From Gemmatimonadaceae bacterium (GTDB lineage Bacteria > Gemmatimonadota > Gemmatimonadetes > Gemmatimonadales > Gemmatimonadaceae): a stretch of DNA of 64,000 bases. The notes beneath the pieces were generated by a model. It worked only from the letters and a program-made list of their open reading frames with translations, was not told the origin of the DNA and did no database searches. The position numbers and the translations under genes are program-made. The DNA is taken from assembly GCA_045804225.1 (NCBI GenBank), contig JBJMNO010000024.1, positions 132,815 through 196,814 of the forward strand. The letters run 5' to 3'. Below, piece after piece: positions 1-8,456 of the stretch (positions within the stretch are counted from its first letter, which is position 1; every line of letters begins with the position of its first letter).

Positions 1-405
1 CGTGCGCGTCAACGCCCGCGCCCGTTCCTCATTCGCGATCAATAGCCGGTGGTTGGCGTGTTGCAGGCTCACCCGTCGCCGATTCGTGAGACTCGTTAGG
101 TACACGATGATGAGCCCGTCCATCAGATAGAGCGACGCTTGCGTGAGTGTCTGCGAGCCGGAATACCCCTCGGGCAGCACGAACACCAGGGCGCCGAGTG
201 AGGCCGTGATCAGGAGCGCCAGGACAGCGGGGCCAGTACCCGCAAAGACGCTCGTCACGAGAATCGCGGCGAAGGCGAAGACGAGCGGCGCACCAGAGCC
301 CGTCCACGGCATCAACAGCATCTTCAGCGCAAATGCCGCCGCCACCGCGGCGATGCTGAACGCATAACGCGCCGCTGAGGTCTGGAAGAGCGTCTCGTCG
401 CGCAT
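1..405 (-). CDS. Sensor-protein N-terminal membrane domain (DUF4118-like); 5' part only, gene continues past the window start
   Basis: Not in the ORF track because there is no stop inside the window. My translation of the minus strand from the ATG at 405-403 reads MRDETLFQTSAARYAFSIAAVAAAFALKMLLMPWTGSGAPLVFAFAAILVTSVFAGTGPAVLALLITASLGALVFVLPEG...LTNRRRVSLQHANHRLLIANEERARALTRT. It shows hydrophobic helices followed by a coiled-coil-like linker, as in DUF4118 sensor kinases. I prefer it to the Arg-rich track ORF 29..451. Confidence 0.6.
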   Translation of the reverse strand, partial: MRDETLFQTSAARYAFSIAAVAAAFALKMLLMPWTGSGAPLVFAFAAILVTSVFAGTGPAVLALLITASLGALVFVLPEGYSGSQTLTQASLYLMDGLIIVYLTSLTNRRRVSLQHANHRLLIANEERARALTRT

Positions 406-608
406 GCGAGCGCCTAATCGCATAGGGCGCGGCGTGGGGAGGTGCCGGCAACCGAGTTCACAATGCGAAGCATGCAAAAACTCGGGCCAGCACGAAGGCT
501 CGCGACGCTGTCCGGTCGTACGCGCTTGGTCCAATGGACTGATGGTGAATTGGGCGGGGCGTGATTAGCCTTGCGGGGTATTCACTTCATATCGTATCAC
601 GAGGATCG

Positions 609-1394
609 ATGAACGAGCACGGCCACTTCGCTGTCGCCAACGGACTCAGGATCTATTACGAGACGCACGGACCGGACGACAAAGAGGTGCCGGTCGTGCT
701 GCTTCATGGGGGCGTGGGTGGCATCGAGATGTTCGGTCCGAATTTGCCCGCCCTGGCGCGGAATCGTCGTGTCATCGCAGTCGATCTGCCGAATCACGGA
801 CGCAGCGCCAACGTCGACGGCGTGCTCAGACACGCATCGATGGCGGACCCGATCGCCGCGCTGATCGAGCAGCTCGGCGTACAGCAGATCGATCTGATTG
901 GCTACTCGTTAGGTGGCGGCGTTGCGCTGCAGACGACGATTCGCCATCCGGAGCTCGTACGGACGCTCGTCATCGTGTCGAGTCCGTTCCGGCGCGATGC
1001 GTTTTATCCAGAGATCCTCGCCATCTTCGACCAGATGGGCGCGTCCTTCGGCACGATGATGAAGCAGTCGCCGATGGCGACGCTCTATCCGGAGCGGGAC
1101 TGGGAGCAACTGTTCGAGAAGATGGGCGACCTCCAGCGGCAAGACTTCGACTGGTCACGGGAGGTTGCGAAGATTCGCGCGCCGATGATGCTCATCTTCG
1201 CCGATGCCGACACCTACCGCACCGAGCATATCATCGATTTCTACAAGCTCATTGGCGGCGGCCAGCGAGACGCCGGCTTGGATGGCTCACGGCGCTCACC
1301 GAACCAGCTCGCGATCATTCCGGGGACGACGCACTACAATTTGCTCGATACGACGACGGTTGCCGACATGGTCGAGAAGTTCTTGCCTCGCTAG
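609..1394 (+). CDS. alpha/beta-fold hydrolase
   Basis: Track ORF 561..1394. ATG at 609 is preceded by GAGGA (601-605). Contains an HGGVGG motif and the nucleophile elbow GYSLGG; length is typical. Confidence 0.85.
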   Translation: MNEHGHFAVANGLRIYYETHGPDDKEVPVVLLHGGVGGIEMFGPNLPALARNRRVIAVDLPNHGRSANVDGVLRHASMADPIAALIEQLGVQQIDLIGYSLGGGVALQTTIRHPELVRTLVIVSSPFRRDAFYPEILAIFDQMGASFGTMMKQSPMATLYPERDWEQLFEKMGDLQRQDFDWSREVAKIRAPMMLIFADADTYRTEHIIDFYKLIGGGQRDAGLDGSRRSPNQLAIIPGTTHYNLLDTTTVADMVEKFLPR

Positions 1395-1495
1395 CCAACA
1401 TGGATGGGGCGCGGAAGGCGCGGCCCGTAGGCTTCGTCTGAGGCGCGCGGGATGGCGCGGGCAACCCACTTCCGCTGTCGCTTGCTTGCACGCGA

Positions 1496-2032
1496 TCACA
1501 GCCGGGATTCCAAGCCGCCCGCAGTTGACCGCACCGCGTACAGAAATCGCGCATAACCGATCTCCGCTGCATTCTTCGTCAACTCCACGTTGACCCAGGC
1601 GACGACATCGCCGAACGGCCGATCAGTGAACGGCCATCGTGTTCGCGCCTGCGACGCGAGGTCGGCGTCGGCGAGCTGTGCGAGATGCCCTCGCCACATG
1701 TCCTCCAGCGCCCCCATCCGCGAGCGGACGCCGTGAGCCGAGCCGGGCCAATCGATCTCCTCACGTGTGAGCGTGCCGTCACCAAACGAATGATCGATCA
1801 CCATCGACCACCAGAAGATCATGTGCCAGGTCAGCCAGGCGATGCTGGGCGGACCGAGACCGTATCCTTCATGCTCCGGCCACTCGGCGCGCCAGCGGCC
1901 ATCGGTCCCGCGCCGAACGTGCAATCCACGATCGGATGGACGCCAGAGGCATTCGTCGCTCGTTAAGCTGCCGAGGTGTATGTGCGCGAGTGCACACGCG
2001 GTGTCGAATTGCCGGATCAGGTAGTCGGACAC
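1496..2032 (-). CDS. DinB-family protein
   Basis: 178-aa ORF with a DinB-like four-helix pattern and conserved His positions (HIHLGS..., WLTWHMIFWW). Sits directly downstream of the permease gene. Confidence 0.7.
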   Translation of the reverse strand: MSDYLIRQFDTACALAHIHLGSLTSDECLWRPSDRGLHVRRGTDGRWRAEWPEHEGYGLGPPSIAWLTWHMIFWWSMVIDHSFGDGTLTREEIDWPGSAHGVRSRMGALEDMWRGHLAQLADADLASQARTRWPFTDRPFGDVVAWVNVELTKNAAEIGYARFLYAVRSTAGGLESRL

Positions 2033-2036
2033 TGGT

Positions 2037-4493
2037 TCAGGTTCGCAGCGCGCCTAAGGGGTCGATTCGGCTCGCCCGCGCCGCCGGCATCCAGACGGCG
2101 ACCAGGGCGATGAGGGCAAGCAGCAGCGGTACACCGATGAACACGAGCGGATCCCGCGCTTGCACGCCGAATAAGAAGTTGCTCATGTACTTCGCGAGCG
2201 CGTACGCTGCCGCGACGCCGATCACCACGCCGATACCCGCCAGTCGCATCCCCTGCAACACGACCATCCATCGCACCGCCGCCGGCTCGGCGCCGAGCGC
2301 CATGCGCACGCCAATTTCCCGCGTGCGTTGCTGTACCGCGTACGCCATCACGCCATAGATCCCGATCGACGCGAGCGCCAGAGCCGACAGCGCGAACACC
2401 GTCATCAGCAACGTGTTGAATCGCTCGCGCGAGGTAGAGCGGGCGACGATCTGGCTCATGGAACGAATGTCGGCAACGGGCAAACCCGTCGCCTGACGGA
2501 GCTGGGTTTGCGCTCCCGCGCTCAGCGAGAGCGGCGAGACACTCGTGCGAATCACCCAGACCATCGGGGCGATGCGCGTGTTCAGCGCGTTCACGGGATC
2601 AGGCACCTGAGCTTGCGGTACGAACATCTTGGGACTCGGGTCTTGATTGAGGCCGTCGTCCCGGCTGTCCGCCACGATGCCGATGATCTGGCGATCCGGC
2701 TCGGTTGCAAACTCCTTCATGCCACCGCGGCCGATCACGAGCCGCTCGTTGAGCGGATCACCTGTCTTCCAGAACTCCTTGGCCATCGCCTGATTGATGA
2801 TCACGACGGGCGGCGCGGCTTTGTCATCGAGATCGGTGAACGTACGGCCCCGTATCGCCGGAATCTTGAAGACCTCGAAGTAGCCCGGCGACACGGTGGT
2901 CCAGTCGCCGCCGCCATGGAACTGCCCTTGCTCGAGCGGCCGTCCGAGGATCTTGAAGGGCAGCCCGTAACCACCCTCGAGAGGGACACAGCACGCGGCA
3001 CTCGCGGCGACAACGCCCGGAAGCATTCGCAAACGCTCAACACCAGCACGGATCGCCTGTTCCACGGACGCTGCCGTCTGGAAGCGCGGGCCGGTGAACG
3101 ACATGCTCATCGTCAAGACGTTGGTGGCGTCGAAGCCCGGTGCCACCGCCTGGAGCGCCAGCGAGGTGCGAATGAGCAATCCCGATCCGATCACGAGCGT
3201 AAGCGCCAGCGCGATCTCGAGCACGACGAGTGCCGAGCGCACACGCGCTGTGCGCCCTCCACCGGACGAGCCGGTGCCGTCTCGCAATGTGCCACTGAGG
3301 TCTTCGCGCGACGCATGCAACGCGGGCATGGCCCCGAACAGCAACCCGGTTCCGATCGACACGACCGCGGTGAAGGCGAGTAATCGCCAGTCGAGCTGCA
3401 CCGCCGATCCGTGCTCGCCCACGCGCGGCAGCCCGGCCGTGTTGATCGACAACAGCGCCCGAATGCCGAACAAACCCAACACCAGTCCGAGCGCACCCCC
3501 GATGACGGCGAGCAGCACGCTTTCGGTGACGAGCTGTCGAATGATGCGGCCTCGCGCCGCGCCCATGGCCGCGCGAATAGCCATCTCACGTTTTCTCACG
3601 GTCGAGCGCACGAGGAGGAGATTCGCGACGTTGGCGCATGCGATCAGCAGCACCCCGCTAACGGCGGCGAGCAGCACGATCAGCAACGATTGCGAATTCC
3701 GGACGAAGATTTTGTGAATGGGCGCGACGCTGAAGCTCGCATCCTTTGGGATGCCATTTGGGATGCGCGCACGATACTCGTCGGCGGATTGACGGAGCCT
3801 CGCCTGCGCTTGCGCGAGCGTCACACCTGGCTCGAGACGTCCGGCGGCCCGGAAATAGTGCGCGCCGTCCATCGTGTTCGGGTCGATCTGAAAGTCGGTC
3901 CAGACTTGGGGTGGGTCGATGAACTCCGATGGATCGAAACCGCGGTCGAGCACTCCGATCACGACATACGGGTCGCCACTGAGCTGAATCGTCTTGCCGA
4001 TGATTGCCGGGTCTGATGCGAAGCGTCGCGTCCACCACCCGTAGGACAACACGGCGACGCGTGGACCATTCGGCCGGTCCTCATCCGCCGAGAACGTGCG
4101 TCCCAGCAGCGCGCGGGCACCCCACAAACGGAAGAAGGCCTCGCTCACGTTGCCGGAGTTGACCTGTTCCGGAATCTCGCCCCCGGTATAGTTGACGAGG
4201 ACATTCCGAAATGCGGATGCGTCTTGCACCACTCCGGTTTGCCGGCGCCAATGCGCGAATTCGGCCGGTGACGCCCCCGGCCCCGATCCGTTCGGCGACG
4301 TGTTCATGAACATCACGATCCGATCGGGTGCGGGGTAAGGAAATGGGCGCAGGAGGATGGCATTGACCACCGAGAAGACGGCCGTCGTGGCGCCGATGCC
4401 GAGGGCGAGTGCCGCCAGGGCGGCGAAGGTGAACGCACGCTGCTGGCGTAAAGTGCGCAGCGAATATTTGAGGTCCTGGAGAAATCGCTCCAT
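2037..4493 (-). CDS. ADOP-family ABC transporter permease (MacB/FtsX-like, duplicated FtsX domains)
   Basis: Track ORF 2037..4520. The likely start is MERFLQDLKYSLRTLRQQRAFTFAALAALALGIGA (ATG 4493), the typical ADOP N-terminus. It has a large periplasmic domain and two FtsX 4-TM blocks. Paralog of 61022..63709. Confidence 0.9.
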   Translation of the reverse strand: MERFLQDLKYSLRTLRQQRAFTFAALAALALGIGATTAVFSVVNAILLRPFPYPAPDRIVMFMNTSPNGSGPGASPAEFAHWRRQTGVVQDASAFRNVLVNYTGGEIPEQVNSGNVSEAFFRLWGARALLGRTFSADEDRPNGPRVAVLSYGWWTRRFASDPAIIGKTIQLSGDPYVVIGVLDRGFDPSEFIDPPQVWTDFQIDPNTMDGAHYFRAAGRLEPGVTLAQAQARLRQSADEYRARIPNGIPKDASFSVAPIHKIFVRNSQSLLIVLLAAVSGVLLIACANVANLLLVRSTVRKREMAIRAAMGAARGRIIRQLVTESVLLAVIGGALGLVLGLFGIRALLSINTAGLPRVGEHGSAVQLDWRLLAFTAVVSIGTGLLFGAMPALHASREDLSGTLRDGTGSSGGGRTARVRSALVVLEIALALTLVIGSGLLIRTSLALQAVAPGFDATNVLTMSMSFTGPRFQTAASVEQAIRAGVERLRMLPGVVAASAACCVPLEGGYGLPFKILGRPLEQGQFHGGGDWTTVSPGYFEVFKIPAIRGRTFTDLDDKAAPPVVIINQAMAKEFWKTGDPLNERLVIGRGGMKEFATEPDRQIIGIVADSRDDGLNQDPSPKMFVPQAQVPDPVNALNTRIAPMVWVIRTSVSPLSLSAGAQTQLRQATGLPVADIRSMSQIVARSTSRERFNTLLMTVFALSALALASIGIYGVMAYAVQQRTREIGVRMALGAEPAAVRWMVVLQGMRLAGIGVVIGVAAAYALAKYMSNFLFGVQARDPLVFIGVPLLLALIALVAVWMPAARASRIDPLGALRT

Positions 4494-4665
4494 GCGGAGA
4501 CCCTCGCGTTGATGTACCATTGCCCACGCGGCTCGCGCCTAACGAATACGAGCACTCGATTGCGTGAAAATACGTTCGGAGCCGGCGGCGCGGTGTAAAG
4601 TTTCGGCCAGGTTCGACGGCCGGCCAACTTCCTGCGCCTTCGTCCAATCCCTTAGTCCCTCTTCC

Positions 4666-5385
4666 ATGCCCGAACGTTTCGACGTCTCCAATCGCGGCCT
4701 CACCGAGCTTCCCGCGGAGATTCGCGCGATGGTCGAGCTGCGCGAGCTGTACATCTATGACAACCAGCTCGCGACACTGCCGGACTGGATCGGCGAGCTT
4801 ACCGAGCTTCGCGTCTTGGACGCGAATCGCAATCGCTTCGCGTCACTGCCCGATTCGCTCGGCGATTTGAGCAGTCTCTACTACCTCTATGTATCCGATC
4901 AGCAACGATTGGGCGCGCTGCCGCAAACCATTGGCAAGCTCGGATCGCTGGCGTATCTCAATGCGAGTCACGACGCGCTGACCGAGCTGCCGAAGACCAT
5001 TGGCGAACTGACGGCGCTCGTCGAGCTCCGGCTCGACGACAATGCGATCGCCGAGCTGCCTCCGGGTGTTCGCAATCTCAGCAAGCTCCGCGAGTTGCAT
5101 CTCACCAGCAACCAGCTGCGCGCGCTCCCTGATTGGATTGGCGACGTCCGGAGCTTGAGGCGGCTCGGTCTTCGGAACAACAAGCTTCGCGAGCTGCCGG
5201 AATCGTTAGGTGCGCTGAGCGAGCTGCGCGACCTCGACCTACGCGGCAACGAGCTGCGCGTGCTACCGGACGTCATTGGCAGGCTTCCATCGCTGGAACG
5301 ACTGGATCTGCGGTGGAATCCACTCGGTGCGCCGCCGGCGTGGATGGGCGCGCTCGAGGCGCGGGGATGCACGGTGTGGCGTTAG
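4666..5385 (+). CDS. Leucine-rich repeat protein (about 10 tandem 23-aa LRRs), no signal peptide seen
   Basis: Internal ATG at 4666 (MPERFDVSNRGLTELPAEI). Repeated LxxLxxLxLxxNxLxxLPxxIGxL units run to the C-terminus. The TAG stop lies inside a CGTTAGGC motif. Confidence 0.8.
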   Translation: MPERFDVSNRGLTELPAEIRAMVELRELYIYDNQLATLPDWIGELTELRVLDANRNRFASLPDSLGDLSSLYYLYVSDQQRLGALPQTIGKLGSLAYLNASHDALTELPKTIGELTALVELRLDDNAIAELPPGVRNLSKLRELHLTSNQLRALPDWIGDVRSLRRLGLRNNKLRELPESLGALSELRDLDLRGNELRVLPDVIGRLPSLERLDLRWNPLGAPPAWMGALEARGCTVWR

Positions 5386-5482
5386 GCCGTCGCCAAGGCT
5401 TATCGGGATGGATAAGTCTGCTTGCCGTAATTTTTCCCCGCGCGTACGTTCGGCGAACTCGAACCGATCTCGTGGAGGGCTC

Positions 5483-5656
5483 ATGAAAGAGCTACGGTGC
5501 AGCGATGTAGGGTTCGCCTGTGATGCAGTCGTGCGGGCGAACACCGAGGAAGAAGTGCTCCGACAAGGCGCGGAGCACGCACGGAAAGCACATGGCATCG
5601 AGAACTTCGATGAGGCGACGGTAAAAAAGATCAAATCCCAGATCCGGAGTACCTGA
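5483..5656 (+). CDS. DUF1059 small protein
   Basis: MKELRCSDVGFACDAVVRANTEEEVLRQGAEHARKAHGIENFDEATVKKIKSQIRST. GGAGGG lies 3-8 nt upstream of the ATG. The longer track ORF 5276..5656 has an Arg-rich, non-protein-like N-terminus. Confidence 0.75.
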   Translation: MKELRCSDVGFACDAVVRANTEEEVLRQGAEHARKAHGIENFDEATVKKIKSQIRST

Positions 5657-5715
5657 GGGGAAGGCGAAGAGAAATAGGCGCGGGGTGCCCCTCGTTGCGG
5701 GCTGCACCCCGCACG

Positions 5716-6102
5716 CTATTCGGCGCGAGCGGTGTGGGCTTTCGTACTGGGCTTCGCCGCTCGCTCGCGGATGCGAGACCGCACGAGCTTTTCCACGAGC
5801 GTCGAAGGCAGGGGATGTGCTGGGTCGAAGCGAATGGTGCCTTTGCTCGTGCCATAATCGGCGAGGGCCGCTGCGTGCTCGGCGATCGGGGCGGCGCCCG
5901 GATAGAACGCGCAGTGTTTGCTCGCGGCGCCGAACCAAACCATGATCTTTCCGTCGAGACGAAACGCCGGCAGCTGGTAGCTGATGCACTCTTCCGCCGC
6001 CGGCGCGGCGCGCTTGATTGCAACACGCAGCCTCTCCAGCGCCGCACGCTTGTCCTTCGTTAGGCGCCCGAGATAGTCATCGATCGATGACGGCGTGGGC
6101 AT
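5716..6102 (-). CDS. DUF1801 (YdhG-like) domain protein
   Basis: MPTPSSIDDYLGRLTKDKRAALERLRVAIKRAAPAAEECISYQLPAFRLDGKIMVWFGA... is the typical DUF1801 layout. Start chosen at the internal ATG 6102. Confidence 0.7.
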   Translation of the reverse strand: MPTPSSIDDYLGRLTKDKRAALERLRVAIKRAAPAAEECISYQLPAFRLDGKIMVWFGAASKHCAFYPGAAPIAEHAAALADYGTSKGTIRFDPAHPLPSTLVEKLVRSRIRERAAKPSTKAHTARAE

Positions 6103-6427
6103 CTTCGTCGCGCCTCGGGTTGTGCGCATCAGGCTCCTACGGTTAGCTGGACGAGGTCTGGTCTTGCTGAGACTGCCGGCCACACGGCCGGTAGAGAAAG
6201 AGTGCCGCGACGGACGCCGGCAGGCGAACGGCGAGACAGACTGAGAAACGCTCCAGCGCCCCGGGTCATTGGGGTAGCCGAAGTGCCCCTGATAGATGGC
6301 AACTTCCAGCGCCGGCTCATCATCGTCGTAACGGTCTTGGGAAAACGACTGGACGAATGGGTCGATTTGCGTTCACTTATGTCGCGTTCTCGTTTGCTCA
6401 TTGCAACCCTTTCCCGACACTCCGACC

Positions 6428-7426
6428 ATGCACGGCCAATTCGTTTGGTACGAGCTCATGACCCCCGACACCGAAGCGGCGAAGCGTTTCTACGCGCCGA
6501 TCACCGGGTGGGGGACGCAGCAATTCGACAAGGATTACGCGATGTGGACGACCGCGGGCGGACCGATAGCCGGAGTGTACGCTCTTGGCGATGATATGCG
6601 CCATGCCGGCGTGCCGCCACACTGGATGCCGTACATCGAATCGAACAACGTGGACGAGACGGCGCGCTTGGCGAGCACGATCGGCGGGACGGTGATGGTA
6701 CCGCCTCGGGACATCCCGAACGTCGGCCGTTTCGCGCTGATCCGCGATCCGCAGGGTGCGGTGTTCGGCACGTACAAAGCGAACGGCCCATCGCAGAGCT
6801 GGGATGGCACGCCTGTGCTGAGCCGCTTCTCCTGGCACGAGCTGATGACCACGGACCAAAAGAAGGCCCTCGATTTCTACCGGAAGCTGTTTGGCTGGGA
6901 GACCACTGGCGAGATGGACATGGGCGGCGGGAATACATACTCCATGTTCGGCAAGGGACAGCCGTTCGGAGGTATCTTCAATCGTCATGGGGACATGGCG
7001 AACATGCCCCCGTTCTGGCTCGTGTACATCTACGTGAAGGACGTAAAGAAGGCTGTTGACATCGCAACCAAGAACGGCGCATTCGTTCAGCGTCCGCCAA
7101 TGGAGGTTCCGGGTGGCGGTACGATCGCCATCCTCGGCGACCCGCAGGGGGCGGCGTTTGCGCTCCATTCGTCTCAGACGTCGTCGCGGCCAGCCGCGAA
7201 GCAATCCAGTGCAGCGAAAAAGCGAGGCGCCGCGAAGAAGAGTGGTGCGGCCAAGAAGATCAGCACGGGGAAGAAGCGAACCGCAGGTAAAAAGAGAGCT
7301 ACCGCAAAGAAGAGTAGCGCCGCGAAGAAGCGGCCCGTCGCCAAGAAGCGCACGAACGCGCGAAAAGCAACCAAGAAACGATCCGCGACCAAGAAACGGT
7401 CCGCGGCTAAGAAACGCCGTCGTTAG
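6428..7426 (+). CDS. VOC (glyoxalase/bleomycin-resistance fold) protein, two VOC repeats, fused to a ~80-aa Lys/Ala-rich histone-H1-like tail
   Basis: MHGQFVWYELMT... and a second FSWHELMT... repeat. The C-terminal tail reads AAKKRGAAKKSGAAKK...KKRSAAKKRRR (about 7180-7423). The track start at 6401 is TTG; ATG 6428 is more plausible. Confidence 0.8.
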   Translation: MHGQFVWYELMTPDTEAAKRFYAPITGWGTQQFDKDYAMWTTAGGPIAGVYALGDDMRHAGVPPHWMPYIESNNVDETARLASTIGGTVMVPPRDIPNVGRFALIRDPQGAVFGTYKANGPSQSWDGTPVLSRFSWHELMTTDQKKALDFYRKLFGWETTGEMDMGGGNTYSMFGKGQPFGGIFNRHGDMANMPPFWLVYIYVKDVKKAVDIATKNGAFVQRPPMEVPGGGTIAILGDPQGAAFALHSSQTSSRPAAKQSSAAKKRGAAKKSGAAKKISTGKKRTAGKKRATAKKSSAAKKRPVAKKRTNARKATKKRSATKKRSAAKKRRR

Positions 7427-7438
7427 GGAGGAGAGACG

Positions 7439-7834
7439 ATGAAGTACATGCTCGTGATCTATGTCGACAACGCGATGATCCAGGCGCTTCCGCCAGGCGA
7501 GTTCGACTCCATGATGCGCGATTGCCTCGGCCACGCCGCCGAGCTCCAGCGTGAAGGAACGCTCATCGAGTCGCAGATGCTGGAAGACGCGCCGAAGGCC
7601 AAGACGCTGCGCGTGCGCAACGGACGCCTCGCGGTGACCGATGGACCGTTCGCCGAAGCGAAGGAAGTGCTCGGGGGGTTCAACATCATCGAAGCGGACA
7701 ACATCGACGAGGCGACGCGCATTGCCGAGAGTTTCCCGTGGTCGCGCGTGGGCTCCGTGGAGGTGCGTCCGGTGCGCGACATCGGCGGCGTGCGCAATCG
7801 GGTGTTCGCGGGGGTCACCGAGGAGGCGAGCTAG
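7439..7834 (+). CDS. YciI-family (DGPF domain) protein
   Basis: MKYMLVIY...DGPFAEAKEVLGGFNIIEADNIDEATRIA is the canonical YCII-related pattern. GGAGGAG RBS at 7427-7433. Confidence 0.85.
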   Translation: MKYMLVIYVDNAMIQALPPGEFDSMMRDCLGHAAELQREGTLIESQMLEDAPKAKTLRVRNGRLAVTDGPFAEAKEVLGGFNIIEADNIDEATRIAESFPWSRVGSVEVRPVRDIGGVRNRVFAGVTEEAS

Positions 7835-7853
7835 TCGCCTCCTCGGCTTGTGC

Positions 7854-8399
7854 CTAACGCCGCGAGGCGGTTTTGGCGGTGCGTTCGACAACGCCTGTGG
7901 AGTCGATATGGAAGACGACCGTTCCATATAGGCACTCCAGTTCCTTCGCGCCCGAGCCGGGAACGGTGACCCATATGCAGTTGTTCTTGTCGAAATACAA
8001 TTCTCCAACGCCCGTGGAATCGTGCCTCGAGTATGAGAGCTCTCCTGTGCCGACTCCAGTGGAGTCGAGGACATACTCCTGATTTCCGACGGTGCATGTC
8101 TCCATCGGAGCATGTCCGGACTGGGCCCTGAGCATTGTGCAAGGCGCCGCGCCGATGACCACGAGCTTCGGTCCGGGCTTGAGCCGCAATTCGCCTACAC
8201 CCGTCGAGTCCGCGCGGAGGAGGAGGCTATTCCCAACGTGGCACATCATTCCCTGTGACTGATGACCGGCCACTGGAGCGAGCACGCAACTCTTCTTTCC
8301 AAGCTTGATTGGCGCGCGTTGCGCAGATGCCGGTTCAGCGAGTGAACCAAGAACGAGAAAGAGCAACACTCCGCTCTGCCGTAACGAGCTACGCCACAT
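7854..8399 (-). CDS. Secreted Cys-containing protein with four DSTGVGEL-type repeats (hypothetical)
   Basis: Signal-like start MWRSSLRQSGVLLFLVLGSLAEPASAQ (ATG 8399). Repeats are ADSTGVGEL, LDSTGVGTGEL, HDSTGVGEL and IDSTGVVE. Confidence 0.55.
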   Translation of the reverse strand: MWRSSLRQSGVLLFLVLGSLAEPASAQRAPIKLGKKSCVLAPVAGHQSQGMMCHVGNSLLLRADSTGVGELRLKPGPKLVVIGAAPCTMLRAQSGHAPMETCTVGNQEYVLDSTGVGTGELSYSRHDSTGVGELYFDKNNCIWVTVPGSGAKELECLYGTVVFHIDSTGVVERTAKTASRR

Positions 8400-8456
8400 A
8401 ACCGCCTCCGTGCGTTGCTGGTTTATCCTGCAGGCCAACGGGAAGATCGCCGACGT

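Noticed and set aside
29-451. Track ORF 29..451 (-) as the gene at the window start
   Set aside because: Its translation is Arg/Ala-rich and not protein-like. A different minus frame (1..405) gives a convincing membrane sensor domain.
908-4538. Gaps without CGTTAGGC (908-4538, 17800-21008, 24974-27266) as signs of horizontally acquired islands
   Set aside because: With about 75 sites in 64 kb (mean spacing ~0.85 kb), one or two gaps above 3 kb are expected under a random (Poisson-like) placement. The gaps alone are not evidence.
7180-7423. Apparent DNA tandem repeats at 7180-7423 and 44470-44640 as noncoding satellites
   Set aside because: They are in frame within good ORFs and encode Lys/Ala-rich low-complexity protein segments. 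The periodicity is at codon level.
6398-8113. Long track ORFs such as 6398..8113(-), 22828..24561(+), 27566..29071(+), 36193..37272(+), 52086..53504(+) and 61081..62535(-)
   Set aside because: These are shadow ORFs typical of GC-rich DNA. They have Arg/Pro/Ala/Gly-rich composition and no recognisable motifs. Each overlaps a strongly supported gene in another frame or on the other strand.
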